Assembly (NCBI GenBank): GCA_016202615.1
Contig: JACQOI010000055.1
Location: 1-48,273 of the forward strand
Length of the DNA: 48,273 bases
Reading direction: 5' to 3'
Source of the DNA: Betaproteobacteria bacterium
GTDB taxonomy: Bacteria > Pseudomonadota > Gammaproteobacteria > Burkholderiales > SG8-41
In this document: piece by piece, positions 44,303 through 48,273 of the stretch
Numbering within the stretch: the stretch's first letter is position 1
Layout: the number at the start of each line of letters is the position of its first letter
Notes under the pieces: model-generated
What the model saw: the letters and a program-made list of their open reading frames with translations, nothing else
What the model was told of the DNA's origin: nothing
Database searches by the model: none
Position numbers and translations under genes: made by a program

Positions 44303-45328
44303 ATGAAACCCAAGGAGATCACCTTGCTGGCATTCGGGGATGTCTGCTTACAGCGTCCTGACCCCCAGAATGCCTTTCGTCAGGTCAGAGACCTGTTCCA
44401 TCAAGCCGACATCGTCTTCTGCAACCTGGAGTCGACCCTGTGCAGCCCTGACACGCCTCCCACCCCGTTCCTGCGGATCATTCACCTCCGATCGGACCCG
44501 GAGATGGTACACGCCCTGGTCGACGCCGGTATCGACATAGTCTCGCTGGCGAACACCCATACGATGGATTACGGTCCCGCTGGCCTCCTGCAAACGATGC
44601 AGACGCTGGACCAACACGGCATTCGGTACGTCGGGGCGGGGCGCACGATCGCGGAAGCGCGCACTCCCGTCGTCCTCGACCTCAAGGACACACGCATCGC
44701 CTTCCTCGGCTACCACACCTACGATCAGTTCGCCGCCGCCGCGTCGGAGGTATCTCCCGGACAGGCGATGGTACGCATCGGCGCCTTCCTTCCACCTCCT
44801 CACGTGTTCCGCGAGGAGGTGAGCCAGATGCAGCAGGATATTCGTGAGGCTGAGAAGCAGGCGGACGTCGTGATCGTGTCGTGGCATTGGGGGCAATCGA
44901 TGACCAGCCAGCTTGCCGTTCACCAACCGTACCTCGGCCATCTCGCCATCGATGCGGGCGCCGATGTCGTGCTGGGACACCACGCCCACGTGCTGCAGGG
45001 GATCGAGCTGTATCGAGGGAAGCCCATCTGCTACAGCCTCGGCAATTTCGTCATGGACCGGGGCGCGCCGATGTCCATGGAAGCGCTGGTCGTGAAGTGC
45101 GTCATCGCCGACAAGCGCATCCGTCGCCTGTCGTTCCTGCCGTCCGAAGGCACCCGCATGGGAGAGGCCCGCATCCTGCCCCGGGCGGAGGCGGGGGCGA
45201 CGTTCCGCGAGATGCGCGCGCTTTGTGCCGAGGTCCGCACGCGCTTCTCCATCCAGAACGGCGAGGGCGTGTTCTCCCTCTCGCGGCGCGCGCCGGGCAG
45301 GCGACGGAAAGTTTCGGCGAGAGCATAA
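44303..45328 (+). CDS. CapA/PGA_cap family metallophosphatase-like protein
   Basis: 341-aa ORF with LLAFGDV, NLESTL, VSLANTHTMDYG, VSWHWG and GHHAHVLQGIE...YSLGNFV, as in CapA-family proteins. The last ~25 codons run into direct repeat copy B. Confidence 0.7.
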   Translation: MKPKEITLLAFGDVCLQRPDPQNAFRQVRDLFHQADIVFCNLESTLCSPDTPPTPFLRIIHLRSDPEMVHALVDAGIDIVSLANTHTMDYGPAGLLQTMQTLDQHGIRYVGAGRTIAEARTPVVLDLKDTRIAFLGYHTYDQFAAAASEVSPGQAMVRIGAFLPPPHVFREEVSQMQQDIREAEKQADVVIVSWHWGQSMTSQLAVHQPYLGHLAIDAGADVVLGHHAHVLQGIELYRGKPICYSLGNFVMDRGAPMSMEALVVKCVIADKRIRRLSFLPSEGTRMGEARILPRAEAGATFREMRALCAEVRTRFSIQNGEGVFSLSRRAPGRRRKVSARA

Positions 45329-45382
45329 TTCGGGTAGTATGAATCGTAACCAATAGGAGGGAAACGTGGACAAACTCATCAT
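45250..45382 (+). repeat. Direct repeat copy B (partner 41205-41323)
   Basis: See 41205-41323. This copy spans the 3' end of the capA-like gene, the intergenic leader, AGGAGGGAAAC, the GTG and the codons for DKLII of the tctC-like gene. Confidence 0.85.
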
Positions 45383-46469
45383 CAAGAGGGGCTCAACGGC
45401 GGGAGGGTTGGTCATAAACGCACGGAATAAGATCTTTCGGTCGGCGGCGGCCCTGTTGGCGTTCCTAATGCTTGCGGTCGCGTCCACGGTCGTGACCGCC
45501 GCCACTGCCCCGGAAGCCCGGCCGACGTGGGGCCCTGACAACAAGCTCCAGCGGTTACCCGACGGTTTTCCGTCCGGCCCGATTACTATCTGGAACGCAT
45601 TTCCTCCGGGACATGAGGACGATGTCTACGCGAGAGTGATGGCCAAAGCCGCGGAGGGCCACTCTCCCGTACCCCTGGTCGTCCGGAGCAAGTCGGCGGG
45701 GCCGCGGTTGTGGTGGGAGACGCTCGACTACTTCAAGACCCTTCCCAACGGCACAGACGGCCATCATGTCGAGGTCGCGGTGTTCGCCGCCGTCCCGATC
45801 CGGCTTCGCACCGTCGGGGGCGGTGACTGGACGCTTAAAGAGACACTGAAGGGGACGGTCGTGATGACCGAGGAGGAGTCGCTGCCCTTGGCTTCCATGT
45901 CCGACGCTCCCTGGAAGGATCTCGACGGAATGATTCGGTGGGCCAAGGCCAACCCCGGCAAGCTGCGGATCGCCACGTCAGCGATCGGCAGTTCTGTGCA
46001 CCTGAACGCGGAGATGCTGGCGGCGGCCAGAGGGTTCACGTTCGTGGCGCTGCCTCACAAAGGGACCGCCCTGGGGCTCGCGACTATGCTCGGCGGGGGG
46101 GCGGAGGCGGTCACTGCCAACATCGGCCCTGTCCTGCCCCATGTCCAGGCCGGGAAAGTGAGGATCCTGCTCCAGTGGGGGAAGGGAACGGCGGTGTTCA
46201 AAGGCGCACCGACAACCGAGGCCTTGGGGCTCTTCGCCGTGCCCACCACGCGGGGACTGCTGACCTATCCTGATGCCCCCGCCGCGCACATTGCGTGGCT
46301 GACCGCGCTGTTCGAAAAAGCGGCGGCGGCCGCCTCCTACGAGGCGCGCCTGACCAGCCTTGGCCTCAGCCGGCGCATAATGGGGCCGCAGGAGACCGCC
46401 CGCTACATGTTGGAGCTAGACAGCAGGGTGGCGCCGTTCATCGAAAAATTGGGGCTGGCCAAGAAGTAG
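45366..46469 (+). CDS. tctC: Divergent TctC/Bug-like substrate-binding protein
   Basis: 367-aa GTG-initiated ORF with a hydrophobic signal-like segment (AAALLAFLMLAVASTVVTAATA) and Bug-like blocks (SAIGSSVHLNAEML, LPHKGTA). It is more divergent than the other Bug copies. Its first 6 codons duplicate the BKACE start. Confidence 0.6.
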   Translation: MDKLIIKRGSTAGGLVINARNKIFRSAAALLAFLMLAVASTVVTAATAPEARPTWGPDNKLQRLPDGFPSGPITIWNAFPPGHEDDVYARVMAKAAEGHSPVPLVVRSKSAGPRLWWETLDYFKTLPNGTDGHHVEVAVFAAVPIRLRTVGGGDWTLKETLKGTVVMTEEESLPLASMSDAPWKDLDGMIRWAKANPGKLRIATSAIGSSVHLNAEMLAAARGFTFVALPHKGTALGLATMLGGGAEAVTANIGPVLPHVQAGKVRILLQWGKGTAVFKGAPTTEALGLFAVPTTRGLLTYPDAPAAHIAWLTALFEKAAAAASYEARLTSLGLSRRIMGPQETARYMLELDSRVAPFIEKLGLAKK

Positions 46470-46504
46470 CCCGCCCCACGCCAGAACCGCAAGGAAATTC
46501 TGGG

Positions 46505-47086
46505 TTAACGCAGTTTCTCGAGTGCTGCGAGTTCTTCCGGTGTGTTGATGTTGCTGAATGCTTCTGCCTCATCGTCGAACGCGACTTCGGTCACACGCAG
46601 TGTCGCATACCAAGCGTCGATCTTGCGCCCGCCGCCGGCGAGAAACCGCGTCAGATGCGGCAGCAGGTCGCGCTGGCACAGGCAGAACACCGGGTGCGGC
46701 TGGTCGCCGGTTCTCGCGACCGCGAGCTGCGCTTGTCGTGTCCGCAAGGCGGCGCGCAGCCGTGCGACGAGATCAACGGGCAAAAAAGGCGAATCGCACG
46801 GCACGGTTGCAACCAGCGGATGGCTGGCCGCGCCGAGTCCGCAGTGCAATCCCGCGAGAGGACCGGCGTATCCGCCGATCTCGTCGGCTATCACACGATG
46901 GCCGAAGCCGGCGTAAACGTCGAGGTTCTGGTTGGCGTTGATCAGCAGTTCGTCGACTTGTGGCGCGAAGCGCTCGATTACCCACTCGATCATCGGTTTG
47001 CCGCGCAGTTCGCGCAAGCCCTTGTCGATGCCGCCCATGCGCCGGCCCTGGCCGCCGGCGAGGATTACTCCCGTGATTCTTTCCAT
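46505..47086 (-). CDS. mobA: Molybdenum cofactor guanylyltransferase
   Basis: 193-aa ORF with an N-terminal GVILAGGQGRRMGGIDKGL and PCDSPFLP, typical of MobA. Confidence 0.85.
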   Translation of the reverse strand: MERITGVILAGGQGRRMGGIDKGLRELRGKPMIEWVIERFAPQVDELLINANQNLDVYAGFGHRVIADEIGGYAGPLAGLHCGLGAASHPLVATVPCDSPFLPVDLVARLRAALRTRQAQLAVARTGDQPHPVFCLCQRDLLPHLTRFLAGGGRKIDAWYATLRVTEVAFDDEAEAFSNINTPEELAALEKLR

Positions 47087-47100
47087 CAGAAAAAGCAGGT

Positions 47101-47178
47101 AACCGCGGATGAACGCAGATAAACGCCGATAGGGCGATGGGGAAAATTATCCGTGTTCATCTGTGTTTATCTGTGGTT
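47101..47178. repeat. Inverted pair of decamer-type REP-like repeats (potential long hairpin)
   Basis: AACCGCGGATGAACGCAGATAAACGCCGAT (47101-47130) and ATCCGTGTTCATCTGTGTTTATCTGTGGTT (47149-47178) are imperfect reverse complements. The right arm supplies the last codons of fdhD. They are related to 29171-29202. Confidence 0.75.
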
Positions 47179-48002
47179 TCCATCGATTGTTCGCGTTTGA
47201 AGCGATGCGCTCCCGTGAAAAGAAGGTAGTGCTTTCCCGTGGCGCGGCCGAGCATCGTGATGCCGACCTTTTGCGCGATTTCGTAGCCCATCTGCGTCAG
47301 CCCCGAGCGCGACACCAGGATCGGGATTCCCATTTGCGCGCACTTGATCACCATTTCGGAGGTGAGCCTGCCGGTGGTGTAGAAGACCTTGTCGGCGCCA
47401 TCGATGCGGTCGAGCCACATCTGCCCGGCGATCGCGTCGACCGCGTTGTGGCGGCCGACGTCCTCGATAAAAATCAGAATCTCCGAGCCTTTGGCGAGCG
47501 CACAGCCGTGCACGGCCCCCGCTTGCTTGTAGATCGTTTCGTGGCGCCGCACGCTGTCGATCAAACCATAGAACGCCGCTTCGGAGATGGACACGTCGTC
47601 CGGCAGCCCGATCGACTCGATCTCGTCCATCAGCTCGCCGAATACCGTGCCCTGGCCGCAGCCGGTGGTCACCGTGCGTTTTTCCATGCGGCCATCGAGA
47701 TCGGCAAGCCCGCTGCGCGTGGTAACGACAACGGAGTCGACCTCCCAGTCGACCTGCACTGCGAGGATTTCCTCGATGCTGTTGACCAGGCGCTGGTTGC
47801 GCAGGTAGCCGAGCGCGAGCGCCTCGGGCGCTGCGCCGAGCGTCATCAGGGTCACGATTTCGCGCTTGTCGACGTAGAGCGTAAGCGGATGCTCGCCGGC
47901 GATTTCGGTCGGCAGTACTTCGCCGCGCTCGTTGCGCGCCTCGACGGTGAACGTCAGCGGGCGGCTGGCGCGGGTAAGCTGCGGGCGGTAGGGTTTGTCC
48001 AT
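47157..48002 (-). CDS. fdhD: Formate dehydrogenase accessory sulfurtransferase FdhD
   Basis: 281-aa ORF with TTGCGQGTVFG, DVGRHNAVD and SGRLTSEMV, typical of FdhD. Confidence 0.85.
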   Translation of the reverse strand: MDKPYRPQLTRASRPLTFTVEARNERGEVLPTEIAGEHPLTLYVDKREIVTLMTLGAAPEALALGYLRNQRLVNSIEEILAVQVDWEVDSVVVTTRSGLADLDGRMEKRTVTTGCGQGTVFGELMDEIESIGLPDDVSISEAAFYGLIDSVRRHETIYKQAGAVHGCALAKGSEILIFIEDVGRHNAVDAIAGQMWLDRIDGADKVFYTTGRLTSEMVIKCAQMGIPILVSRSGLTQMGYEIAQKVGITMLGRATGKHYLLFTGAHRFKREQSMETTDKHR

Positions 48003-48017
48003 TTGCTGGGGAGCGAT

Positions 48018-48134
48018 CAGCGGTCAGCGGTAAGCCAGTAAGCGGTAAGCGGTAGCGGTGAGCAGCGAGTAGGAAGCACGGAAGCTATGAGGAGATGGAT
48101 TTACCGCTCACCGCTCACGGCTTACCGCTCACCC
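48018..48134. repeat. Imperfect inverted repeat built from GCGGTAA/GCGGTGA heptads
   Basis: CAGCGGTCAGCGGTAAGCCAGTAAGCGGTAAGCGGTAGCGGTGAGC (left) pairs with TTTACCGCTCACCGCTCACGGCTTACCGCTCACCC (right). It lies between the moaA stop and the fdhD start. Confidence 0.7.
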
Positions 48135-48273
48135 TCCTATGTACGACATCTCGATTTTCTGCAAGCGCGCGGTTTCGGCGGTGCGGATCTCGGAATAACG
48201 GTCGCCGCGCTGGCGCCACACGGCGTCGATCGCATGGGAAATGTCGTCGTCGGAGGCGCCGCCGCGCAGCAGC
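48129..48273 (-). CDS. moaA: GTP 3',8-cyclase MoaA, 3' end only (partial at window edge)
   Basis: Minus frame reads ...[47 protein letters not shown]. The C-terminal MSxIGG double-glycine tail is characteristic of MoaA. It is not in the ORF track because it is partial. Confidence 0.6.
   Translation of the reverse strand, partial: LLRGGASDDDISHAIDAVWRQRGDRYSEIRTAETARLQKIEMSYIGG

Noticed and set aside
29171-48134. The short tandem decamers (GCNGATRAAC) and heptads (GCGGTRA) as a possible CRISPR array.
   Set aside because: The units are only 7-10 nt, directly abutting with no unique spacers, and no cas genes are present. They are REP-like or simple repeats.

Overview
GC-rich bacterial chromosomal window. 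The gene content (seven intact and two relic Bug/TctC-type solute-binding genes, MmgE/PrpD paralogues, TctBA) suggests a Burkholderiales-like betaproteobacterium. The left two thirds (1-30.4 kb) is a mosaic accessory catabolic region. It holds two FAH-family genes, a benzoylformate-decarboxylase-like ThDP enzyme with an FMN-dependent 2-hydroxyacid dehydrogenase, three MmgE/PrpD genes, a beta-propeller lactonase, a tungsten-type aldehyde:ferredoxin oxidoreductase, an amidohydrolase_2 gene and many orphan Bug genes. It also holds gene relics, IS91-like and IS1634-like transposase fragments and several interspersed repeat families. The stand-out is three paralogous minus-strand loci (13.4-15.1 kb, 16.9-18.6 kb, 22.1-23.8 kb). 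In each, the ORF track breaks a gene at an in-frame TGA at the same alignment position, giving a U-G-S-C (UxxC) motif followed by a SECIS-like hairpin. These are predicted selenoproteins, twice fused to and once followed by an uncharacterised ~340-400 aa domain with an invariant AGCRPEYMP motif, and each sits next to a Bug binding-protein gene. The right third (32.6-48.3 kb) is mostly core-like: tesA / ybbA-ybbP, rmuC, mtfA, a PAS-GGDEF-EAL protein, a BKACE-tctB-tctA-capA-like-tctC cluster and mobA-fdhD-moaA (partial). I recognised no rRNA, tRNA or CRISPR array. All calls rest on reading the sequence and the supplied translations; no database search was run.
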